Program-made: the position numbers and the translations under genes
The notes under the pieces: generated by a model
The model's database searches: none
The model's input: the letters and a program-made list of their open reading frames with translations, nothing else
What the model was told of the DNA's origin: nothing
Part shown: positions 29,958-37,675 of the stretch, piece by piece
How the letters are laid out: each line of letters begins with the position of its first letter
How positions within the stretch are numbered: the stretch's first letter is position 1
NCBI GenBank assembly: GCA_910588875.1
Contig: CAJURT010000019.1
Coordinates: 281 to 64,280 of the forward strand
Direction of reading: 5' to 3'
DNA: 64,000 nucleotides
Source: an uncultured Lachnospiraceae bacterium
Lineage (GTDB): Bacteria; Bacillota; Clostridia; Lachnospirales; Lachnospiraceae

Positions 29958-30066
29958 GAGTTTTTAACCTCCTCATTATTTTCTCCGCTTCGCGACCTTT
30001 GCGTGGCGCAAAGCTTCTCCGCTTCGCTTCCCTCGGGAAACACCGGTTCTGCTTCGCGCCGTTTGC

Positions 30067-31248
30067 TTAGTAGTAAGTTACTGTAACGGGTTTGCCCAGT
30101 TCTTCTACGGTATGCTTCAGCTGCTCTACCAGGTTCTGGCGGATCCCTAAATCGAAGGGAAGGCCTGGGTTCTGGTAGGCGCTGTTAATCGCCTTGCCTA
30201 CATACATATGAAGTTCTGTGCAGTCCTCAATCAGCATTTTGGCTACCATGGAGGCACCGTTTGGCTTATCCAGTTCCAGGAAGAAATCCTCGGAAACCGT
30301 CTCATTTTTTAGGTAACGCTTCAGAAGCTGGAGCACCCGGTTTAAAGTCAGCACGCCTTCTGTCACCAGGTCAATCCCATCCATGTAGGCAATTGGCGGG
30401 ATCTCCGGGTCTACATAGTCCATGGACACATCCAGAGATTTATTCAATACCCTGGACACAATGGTGGCGCTGGTGCCCCCGCAGACTATCCTCCTGGTAT
30501 CGTCGCCGCCGCCCATCCAGCTATGGACCATCTCATTATCCCGGGAAGCATCCTGTGCCGGGCCGGTCATCAGATGGACTGGCTTTGCATTGATAATCCG
30601 CATACAGGCCACAGTGGTATCGTCACCAGGCCGGTATTCATATAACTCGTCGCAGGCCTGGCAGATAGCGGATGCCAGGCGCATGGCGGAAATGGTCATT
30701 GGGTACTGCTTTACTGCATAGGCGGCAATATCCTCCCATACCCACCCAAAATTCAGCAACCGTCCCACCCCCGCATGGATGGTGCCGTCACTCATCAGGA
30801 TCAGCGCATCACCCTTTTGGACTTTAAAACGGTATTCATTGATCTTCTTGCCTTTGACCTCGCGGATATTCTCAGGGATAGGCATCAGCCTCCCTCCACG
30901 GATAAATATGCAGCCGGGATTGTCAAATTCTACCAGGTAGGCATCCCCGTTATGAAATACCTGAAGGATACTGAAAGTGGCATAAGCCACCTGGCGCACC
31001 TGGCAGATGGGCAAGGTTTCCACGATGGTCTCCACACATTCCTCCAGGGTGGCGCCGTTCAAAAACATGGTGCCCAGGATCTTGGAGGTCAGGGTGGCAA
31101 GGATATTTGCCTTCACGCCGCTTCCCATGCCATCGGCAAGGATCATGATGTTGGAGTCCACAGTCTTTAAAATCTCCACCTTATCCCCGCAAAGGATCTC
31201 CGTGAATTTATTCAGGCTTTTATATGCAACATCTACGGTAACTCCCAT
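30067..31248 (-). CDS. SpoIIE/PP2C-family serine phosphatase with an uncharacterised C-terminal domain
   Basis: 393 aa. PPM motifs CGDKVEIL, ILADGMGSGVKANILA, LILMSDG and DDTTVACMRI. About 160 further residues have no motif I recognise. The start abuts the hydS stop. Confidence 0.8.
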   Translation of the reverse strand: MGVTVDVAYKSLNKFTEILCGDKVEILKTVDSNIMILADGMGSGVKANILATLTSKILGTMFLNGATLEECVETIVETLPICQVRQVAYATFSILQVFHNGDAYLVEFDNPGCIFIRGGRLMPIPENIREVKGKKINEYRFKVQKGDALILMSDGTIHAGVGRLLNFGWVWEDIAAYAVKQYPMTISAMRLASAICQACDELYEYRPGDDTTVACMRIINAKPVHLMTGPAQDASRDNEMVHSWMGGGDDTRRIVCGGTSATIVSRVLNKSLDVSMDYVDPEIPPIAYMDGIDLVTEGVLTLNRVLQLLKRYLKNETVSEDFFLELDKPNGASMVAKMLIEDCTELHMYVGKAINSAYQNPGLPFDLGIRQNLVEQLKHTVEELGKPVTVTYY

Positions 31249-32979
31249 TTACACACCTCCGTTGTCGCCGTCCTCCAACAGAGAATGGCAAAGCTTCGTA
31301 AGGGTGGTCTTGGTTTCTGCCGTCGTCTCGCCCAGAAGCCCGGCAATCTCCTGCGCAACCATCATCTGTTTATGGATGACCCTCTGTGCCAGGTCGATTG
31401 TATCCAGCTTCTTCTCATAGTCGGCACGCGCCTGCTCTTCCTGCTGTGTGATGTCAATAAAGGTGGCCAGCACAGCATTTTCCTTTTCTATGTAAACCAT
31501 ATTCTGGAGGGTGTCCAGATGGTACTCCGGATAGCTTACTTTCTTGCCATGGATATTCTGGCGGGTATCAAATACCCACTGGAAATCCGCAGGGTCAATA
31601 AACTCATACAGATACATTTTCAAAGCCTCGGAGCGGGTCTTCCCGAAATATTTCTCCCCGACTGCGGAATATTCCAGAATCTTCATCTCGTCGTTGACCA
31701 ACAGCACCATGTTGGGCGAGGTCTCCATAACCAGGTTGGAAAGGGACTCGGACTGCTCATACATGAACGGGATGCACATATTGAGTTCTGCCTTTTTCTG
31801 GAACACGGCAATGGCCTTCTCCCGGCAGGTAGGATAACCGCAGGCGCCGCAGTTCAACTCGTCCTCCGGCCTGGTCTTGCCCGTCTTGGAAAGAATGTCC
31901 CGGATCTGGGCTTCCGTTGGGACCGGATCCTTGGGGGAACGGTCTAAGAATATTTTCTCCATCGGGACAGTGGCAATTGCCTGGCTCGTCTCTGCCTCCG
32001 GAACCGGTTCACGGGGAATGGCCTCTTCCATATCCAGCTTTACCTTGAAACGGGAAATGGATTTATCGCTGACAGTGGGGCCCTTGATGCAGCCGCCGTA
32101 GCACATATTCATCTCAATAAAGCAGCCGCTGATCTCCCCTCGGAGCATGCTGTCACAGAGTTCCATGCAATTCTTTTCACCGTGGATGTAAAATTTGCGG
32201 TAGGAATCCGTCTGGGACTGGGTCGCTACCACGGAACTGATGACCCCGCTGCTCACCGGGTAGAGGCGGTTAATCTTCGGGTCTTTCACAAAGGGCATGT
32301 CTTCACAGTCTTCTATGTGGATTTCCGCATCCTGAAGCCAGCGGCTGATGTCATTGAAATTCAGCACAGCATCAATACAGTCTTTATGGCGCTCGTCCTG
32401 GGCTTCCTGCTTTTTGGCAATGCAGGGGCCAAGGAAGACAACCTTTGTGTCCCGGCCTAATTCCTGCTTCAGGAGTTTGCCATGGGCAATCATGGGAGAT
32501 ACTACCGGAGCCATGTAAGGGATAAGCTGGGGGTAGTATTTCTCAATAAGGTCGTTTGCACTGGGGCAGCAGGTAGTGATAATGTTTTCCATCTTGTGTT
32601 CCGTCAGAAGCCGGGCGTATTCGGCGGTTACTAAGGCAGCGCCTTCGGATGTCTCTCGGACGTCAGCAAAACCGAGTTTTAATAAGGCGGCGCGAACCTG
32701 GCCAATGGTATGGTATTTTAAAAGGCCCATATATGCGGGGGCTAAGGAAACTACCACTTTCTCCCCGCGGATTATGTAGCTTTTCACCTTACCCAAATCA
32801 CTGATTAAGGTCTTGGCGGATTGAGGGCATATCTGGAGGCAGCGGCCACAGAGGACGCAGTTCTCCGGCATGATCTCGGCCCGGCCGTTTTTGACCATGA
32901 TGGCCTTGACTTCGCAATTGCGGACGCATTTATAACAGTGGCGGCACTTGGTTGCTTTGAAGTCGATAATTGCTGCCAT
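31249..32979 (-). CDS. hydS: sensory-type [FeFe]-hydrogenase homologue with C-terminal Cys motif and PAS domain (HydS, group C)
   Basis: N-terminal 2x4Fe-4S (CRHCYKCVRNC, CVLCGRCLQICP). H-domain motifs TTCCPSANDLIEKYYP, LGPCIAKKQE and EMNMCYGGCIKGP. These are followed by CGACGYPTCREKAIAVFQKKAELNMC and a PAS-like segment (SPNMVLLVNDEMKILEYSAVGEKYFG...). Confidence 0.85.
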   Translation of the reverse strand: MAAIIDFKATKCRHCYKCVRNCEVKAIMVKNGRAEIMPENCVLCGRCLQICPQSAKTLISDLGKVKSYIIRGEKVVVSLAPAYMGLLKYHTIGQVRAALLKLGFADVRETSEGAALVTAEYARLLTEHKMENIITTCCPSANDLIEKYYPQLIPYMAPVVSPMIAHGKLLKQELGRDTKVVFLGPCIAKKQEAQDERHKDCIDAVLNFNDISRWLQDAEIHIEDCEDMPFVKDPKINRLYPVSSGVISSVVATQSQTDSYRKFYIHGEKNCMELCDSMLRGEISGCFIEMNMCYGGCIKGPTVSDKSISRFKVKLDMEEAIPREPVPEAETSQAIATVPMEKIFLDRSPKDPVPTEAQIRDILSKTGKTRPEDELNCGACGYPTCREKAIAVFQKKAELNMCIPFMYEQSESLSNLVMETSPNMVLLVNDEMKILEYSAVGEKYFGKTRSEALKMYLYEFIDPADFQWVFDTRQNIHGKKVSYPEYHLDTLQNMVYIEKENAVLATFIDITQQEEQARADYEKKLDTIDLAQRVIHKQMMVAQEIAGLLGETTAETKTTLTKLCHSLLEDGDNGGV

Positions 32980-32981
32980 AA

Positions 32982-33221
32982 CTATAGCCTCCCCATGATT
33001 TCTTTGTTGAAGAAGTCTTCGGTGGTTTCAGGTGACAAGGAGAAAAGTTCCCCGTCTATGGTTACGCAGACGCCGTTAACACAGTTGCCGCTGCAGAAGG
33101 CGCCGTTTAGGTCTACTTTGTCTGAGACGTTGTTGGCTTTTACTAGAGTTTGCAGCTTTTGGATGATCTCACGGGATCCCCTTAAATGACATGCACTTCC
33201 GATGCAAATGGATACTTTCAT
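32982..33221 (-). CDS. thioredoxin-like [2Fe-2S] ferredoxin (NuoE/HydC-type fold), first gene of the hydS operon
   Basis: MKVSICIGSACHLRGS...FCSGNCVNGVC (CxxxxC ... CxxxC). Start set to the ATG at 33221, preceded by GGGAGGAAAAATTC. The 182-aa ORF in the track extends upstream only because the GC-rich tandem repeat has no stop codons. Confidence 0.75.
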   Translation of the reverse strand: MKVSICIGSACHLRGSREIIQKLQTLVKANNVSDKVDLNGAFCSGNCVNGVCVTIDGELFSLSPETTEDFFNKEIMGRL

Positions 33222-33300
33222 GAATTTTTCCTCCCAACATGGTGATAGATAGGTTGTAGGTGATGAGGCTCGCCGGGTGATTGGGAGCCGGGTGTTGTAG

Positions 33301-33500
33301 GGTTCGCGCTGTGAAGAGCGGGGCTCGCCTGTGAAGCCGCGGGGGGAGATGGGCTCGCCTGCGAAGCCGCGGGGGGAGATGGGCTCGCCTGTGAAGCCGC
33401 GGGGGGAGATGGGCTCGCCTGCGGCTTCGCGAGGAGAGATGGGCTCGCCTGCGGCTTCGCGAGGGGAGATGGGCTCGCCTGCGGCTTCGCAAGGGGAGCG
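33301..33500. repeat. tandem array of six 30-bp units plus degenerate flanks
   Basis: Units start at 33321, 33351, 33381, 33411, 33441 and 33471. Each has a constant part GGGCTCGCCT...GGGGAGAT. The core is G(T/C)GAAGCCGC in units 1-3 and GCGGCTTCGC, its exact reverse complement, in units 4-6. Confidence 0.9.
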
Positions 33501-33570
33501 GGGTGCTGGAGGGGCCGCAGTGGCGCTCACCTCCGCGATGCTCCGGTTCGCTCACGGGCTTTCGCCCTAT

Positions 33571-33635
33571 GAAAAAGTGCAGAACCAAAATTTCTTATGT
33601 GCGAGCACAACGAAATTTTGGTTCTGCACTTTTTC
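33571..33635. repeat. perfect 24-bp inverted repeat (hairpin) with a sub-hairpin in the loop
   Basis: GAAAAAGTGCAGAACCAAAATTTC (33571-33594) pairs with GAAATTTTGGTTCTGCACTTTTTC (33612-33635). The loop TTATGTGCGAGCACAAC contains TGTGC/GCACA. Confidence 0.9.
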
Positions 33636-33659
33636 GCACTGCTCATTGCTTACGTGGAC

Positions 33660-33688
33660 ATTATCTCACACCGACAAATTTTTATCAA
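33660..33688 (-). promoter_or_regulatory. candidate sigma-A promoter of the hydS operon, implying a ~430-nt leader
   Basis: On the minus strand: TTGATA (33683-33688), 17 nt, GATAAT (33660-33665). It sits downstream of the yajC terminator. Confidence 0.4.
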
Positions 33689-33814
33689 TTGGTTTTTTGT
33701 ATAAATATATGGATTTTTGTCCCATGTGATTTAAATTTACCGTTTTATATTTCCTTTTTTACTAAATTCTTGAAACTGTCTCGCCCTCTCCTCAAAGTGT
33801 ATCCCCTAAAATAT

Positions 33815-33851
33815 AACAACAAAAAGCAGGCAGCTTTTACTCCTGCCTGCT
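33815..33851 (-). terminator. intrinsic terminator after yajC
   Basis: The minus strand reads AGCAGGCAGGAGTAAAAGCTGCCTGCT followed by TTTTTGTTGTT. Confidence 0.75.
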
Positions 33852-33879
33852 CTTACTAGATATCTCTCTCGCCGCACCT

Positions 33880-34176
33880 TTACTGTGGCTTTTCTACCTG
33901 AACGATGGCGGCCTTCTGCATTGGGATACGGCAATGGCGGTCACTGCCGAATTCCACAATCACAGTATCGTCGGTCATGTCGATGATCACGCCGTAAAAC
34001 CCGCTGCTCGTCAGCACTGTGTCGCCAATCGCCACACTGGCCATCAGTTCTTCCCTTTTCTTCTTCTCCTTCTGCTGGGGGCGAATCGCCATGAAGTACA
34101 TCAGAACGATGAAAAAGATAATATAACCGAATAACAGGGACATCGGCATTCCGCCGGCTTGTGTTGCTGTCAACAT
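33880..34176 (-). CDS. yajC: preprotein translocase subunit YajC
   Basis: 98 aa. One TM segment, then RPQQKEKKKREELMASVAIGDTVLTSSGFYGVIIDM...VIVEFG. Confidence 0.85.
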   Translation of the reverse strand: MLTATQAGGMPMSLLFGYIIFFIVLMYFMAIRPQQKEKKKREELMASVAIGDTVLTSSGFYGVIIDMTDDTVIVEFGSDRHCRIPMQKAAIVQVEKPQ

Positions 34177-34255
34177 AAAACACCCTCCTCACAGACCTTC
34201 CCGCCGCCTCGCCGGGAAGCTGTTCTTTCTTTTTTTGATTGTCTCCGGCAGAACC

Positions 34256-35404
34256 TCATCCTTCCGCTTCCCGGGCTCCTGCCTCCATTCCGTTAAGCTT
34301 CCTTGCTTTATATTCCGCGTAACGGTGTTCCTCGATTGCGTCGCGAATCTCTTCCATCATTGTATTATAAAAATACAAATTGTGCAAGACACATAATCGC
34401 ATTCCCAGCATTTCTTTTGCCTTGAACAGATGGCGGATATAAGCCCGGCTATAGGAACGGCACGCCGGGCATTGGCAGCCTTCCTCGATAGGGCGCGGAT
34501 CCAACTCGTATTTCTGGTTCAAAAGATTTAGCTTTCCCTGGTTGGTATACACATGGCTGTGACGCCCGTTCCGGGATGGGTATACGCAGTCGAAAAAATC
34601 CACCCCCCGGTCCACCGCCTCCAGGATATTGGCCGGTGTCCCCACCCCCATCAGGTAAGTCGGCTTATTCTGGGGCAGGCATGGGACTGTCACATCAAGG
34701 ATGTGGTACATCTCCTCGTGACTCTCACCCACTGCCAGTCCGCCGATGGCATAGCCGTCAAGGTCCATCTGCGAGATTGTCTTTGCGTGTTCCATGCGGA
34801 TATCGTCCAGCACGCCGCCCTGGTTGATCCCAAAAAGCAGCTGCTCACGGTTTATGGTATCCGGAAGGGAATTCAGCCTGGCCATCTCCTTCCTGCAGCG
34901 CTCCAGCCAGCGGGTGGTCCGCTCCACGGAACGCCTGATATAATCATATTCCGCACGGCTGGGCGGACACTCATCAAATGCCATGGCAATGGTGGAGCCG
35001 AGGTTTGACTGGATCTGCATGCTCTCCTCCGGGCCCATGAAAATCTTGTGCCCGTCTATATGGGAGTTAAAATAAACCCCCTCTTCCTTGATCTTGCGCA
35101 GCCCTGCCAGGGAAAACACCTGGAACCCGCCGGAATCCGTCAGGATCGGCCGGTCCCAGTTCATAAAACGGTGAAGCCCCCCAAAACGGCGAATCAGCTT
35201 GTCCCCTGTCCGTACATGCAGGTGATAGGTATTGGACAGCTGCACCTGGGTTCCGATCTGGCGCAGGTCATCGGTGGATACCGCCCCTTTGATCGCCGCC
35301 ACTGTCCCCACATTCATAAAAACAGGCGTCTGGATCGTTCCATGCACAGTCCGGACCTCGGCCCGTTTAGCGCGGCCATCCGTCGTAATCAGCTGATATC
35401 TCAT
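34256..35404 (-). CDS. tgt: tRNA-guanosine(34) transglycosylase
   Basis: 382 aa. GRAKRAEVRTVHGTIQTPVFMNVGT, LTDSGGFQVFS, GYAIGGLAVGE and the Zn motif CQCPACRSYSRAYIRHL. Confidence 0.95.
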   Translation of the reverse strand: MRYQLITTDGRAKRAEVRTVHGTIQTPVFMNVGTVAAIKGAVSTDDLRQIGTQVQLSNTYHLHVRTGDKLIRRFGGLHRFMNWDRPILTDSGGFQVFSLAGLRKIKEEGVYFNSHIDGHKIFMGPEESMQIQSNLGSTIAMAFDECPPSRAEYDYIRRSVERTTRWLERCRKEMARLNSLPDTINREQLLFGINQGGVLDDIRMEHAKTISQMDLDGYAIGGLAVGESHEEMYHILDVTVPCLPQNKPTYLMGVGTPANILEAVDRGVDFFDCVYPSRNGRHSHVYTNQGKLNLLNQKYELDPRPIEEGCQCPACRSYSRAYIRHLFKAKEMLGMRLCVLHNLYFYNTMMEEIRDAIEEHRYAEYKARKLNGMEAGAREAEG

Positions 35405-37551
35405 TTTCCTTTATTCTCCGCCTTTGCCGCGGCATCTTTCTTGCTCTTTGCCATTGTCATCACATACCACAATGCCCCGGTTACACAGACGGAAGAATAG
35501 GTCCCGCAAACAATGCCGGTCATCAGCGGAAGCGCGAACTCACGGATGGAGGATACTCCCAGCAAAAACAGCACAAATACCATGATGAATGTGGTCAGGG
35601 ACGTGTTGATGCTGCGGGTAAATGTCTGGGTAATGCTCCGGTTGACAATCTCCTCAATCTGTTGCTTTGGCTCCCTGGCCGCTAAATTCTCCCGGATACG
35701 GTCAAAGATTACGATTGTTGCATTGATGGAATAACCGACGATGGTCAGCATACAGGCGATGAAGGTGGAACCCACCGACCATTTTGCCACTGCGTAGAAA
35801 GTCAGCACCACCAGCACGTCATGCACCAGAGCCAGGATGGCACTGGTTGCAAACCGGATATCCTTAAACCGGAACCAGATATAGAGGAGCATCAAAACCG
35901 TTGCAAAGGCCACTGCCACAACGGCATCCTGCTTCATCTCTTTGCTGACCGCAGCCGAGATGCTCTCTGCAGTGATCAGTTCTTTTTCCACGCCAAAGTT
36001 CTCCACCATAGCGTTCTCCAATGCCTGCCTCTGGTCCACAGACAGAGTTTGGGTCTTGATAATCACTTCATTGGTACCCTCCACCTTCTGAGTCTGCACG
36101 TCAGCATTGCCGGTGATCTGCGATACCACCGGAACCACCCTGCTGGAGATATCTTCCAGGGAAAGGTTCTCATTGAAGGTTACATTGGTGGAAGTACCGC
36201 CGGTAAAATCCATGCCATAGTTAAGGGCTTTTCCGGTTTGGGCATTATTAAAGAGCATGGCCGCCCACCCTGCCACTACCATTACGATAGAAATCGCAAA
36301 GCAGAGTTTCTTTTTGCCGAGGAAACCAACCAGCCTGCCCTCCTTCTTGACCCCGTAGCACCTGGGATTCTCAAATCCCAGGTTAAACAGGCCATAGATA
36401 GCAAAACGGGTCACAAAAAGCGCCGTGAACATAGACAGGACAATACCGATTGCCAATGTGGTCGCAAAACCCTTGACCGTACCGGAACCACGGAAATACA
36501 GTACAGCTGCCGCAATCAGGGTAGTCACGTTTCCGTCCACAATCGCAGACAGCGCTTTGCTGAACCCGGTCTTGATTGCCGATTTGACAACTTTGCCATG
36601 TCCCAGTTCTTCTTTGATACGTGTAAATATGATGACATTGGCATCTACAGCCATGCCTACCGAAAGAATGATGCCTGCAATACCCGGCAAGGTCAGCGTT
36701 ACCTCAAACGCCGCGAGCAGGATCAGGATCAGGCCCACATACAGAGCCAGAGCCAGCACTGCCGCCACACCCGGAACCAGGTATACCACCACCATAAACA
36801 CTGCCACCAAGGCAAAACCTATCGCACCCGCCTTCAGGCTGGTTGCAATCGCCTCTTCTCCCAGCTTTGCGCCTACCACATTGGAACGCAACTCTTCCAG
36901 TTCCAAAGACAGGGAGCCGATCCGGATAGTCGATGCCAGGTTGTTGGCCTCCTCGTATCCGGCCATGCCGTCGATCTGGCATTGGCCCCCAGTGATCGCT
37001 TCCCGGACTACCGGGCTGGAAATAATCATACCATCATAGATAATCGAGATCCTTTTGCCTACGTTGTTGGTGGTGGCGTCCGCAAATCTGGACGTGCCCT
37101 CCGGAGTGAAGGTCAGGCTGACCACATAAGAGCGGAGGCCGTTCTGCTCAGTCTGACCGACTTTGGCAGTCGCCACCTGGTCACCTGTCAGGATCTCATT
37201 CCCCTCCTCATCAATAAAAACCAGGGAACCTGGCTTACCCAGATCCTGCAGGATTGCATTGGCATCCGAGACACCAGGGATATCAATATTGATCCGGTTG
37301 GAACCCTCCCGGTAAACCTCCGCTTCCGTGCTGTAGTTCTGCACCCTCTGCTGCAGCTTGTAGACCGTATCCGCCATATCCTCATCTGACGGGTTCTCCT
37401 CCACCGCCTGGTAGGTAATGCTGACGCCACCGGCCAGATCCAGTCCCAGCTTGATACTATCCATCGTATCATAGCCGAAAAAACCGAACAGGCCTACCGC
37501 GAACAGCAGGACCAGCAGGCTTAAAAATCCCTTTACCTTACTGTTGTTCAT
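35401..37551 (-). CDS. secDF: protein translocase subunit SecDF (fused)
   Basis: 716 aa. SecD half (LGLDLAGGVSITYQA, periplasmic domain, six TM segments) fused to a SecF half (GMDFTGGTS..., six TM segments). Confidence 0.92.
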   Translation of the reverse strand: MNNSKVKGFLSLLVLLFAVGLFGFFGYDTMDSIKLGLDLAGGVSITYQAVEENPSDEDMADTVYKLQQRVQNYSTEAEVYREGSNRINIDIPGVSDANAILQDLGKPGSLVFIDEEGNEILTGDQVATAKVGQTEQNGLRSYVVSLTFTPEGTSRFADATTNNVGKRISIIYDGMIISSPVVREAITGGQCQIDGMAGYEEANNLASTIRIGSLSLELEELRSNVVGAKLGEEAIATSLKAGAIGFALVAVFMVVVYLVPGVAAVLALALYVGLILILLAAFEVTLTLPGIAGIILSVGMAVDANVIIFTRIKEELGHGKVVKSAIKTGFSKALSAIVDGNVTTLIAAAVLYFRGSGTVKGFATTLAIGIVLSMFTALFVTRFAIYGLFNLGFENPRCYGVKKEGRLVGFLGKKKLCFAISIVMVVAGWAAMLFNNAQTGKALNYGMDFTGGTSTNVTFNENLSLEDISSRVVPVVSQITGNADVQTQKVEGTNEVIIKTQTLSVDQRQALENAMVENFGVEKELITAESISAAVSKEMKQDAVVAVAFATVLMLLYIWFRFKDIRFATSAILALVHDVLVVLTFYAVAKWSVGSTFIACMLTIVGYSINATIVIFDRIRENLAAREPKQQIEEIVNRSITQTFTRSINTSLTTFIMVFVLFLLGVSSIREFALPLMTGIVCGTYSSVCVTGALWYVMTMAKSKKDAAAKAENKGK

Positions 37552-37675
37552 TTTCTTTTCTCCTTACTCTTGTAGCCATTTATCTATAACCATCCGGCAG
37601 CCGCCGTCCTTTCGGAACCCCTGCAAAACCCGGGTAAGGTTTTCGTCCCGAACCGGCAATTTCGCTGCCAGGCCG

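Noticed and set aside
33301-33500. Possible CRISPR array (regular 30-bp periodicity)
   Set aside because: The units are contiguous with no unique spacers, and there are no cas genes in the window. It is a plain tandem repeat.
32982-33530. 182-aa ORF fusing decapeptide repeats to the 2Fe-2S ferredoxin
   Set aside because: A strong GGGAGG RBS sits 8 nt before the internal ATG at 33221. The upstream part is open in several frames on both strands only because the GC-rich repeat lacks stop codons. I keep it as an unexcluded alternative in the findings.
35821-37389. 522-aa plus-strand ORF antisense to secDF. Similar long antisense ORFs occur at 3704-4723, 38066-38983, 29097-29933, 12137-12787, 45703-46272 and 55465-56118.
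   Set aside because: These are shadow ORFs opposite well-supported genes in GC-rich DNA. Their translations are His/Gln/Arg/Pro-rich with no motifs and no RBS.
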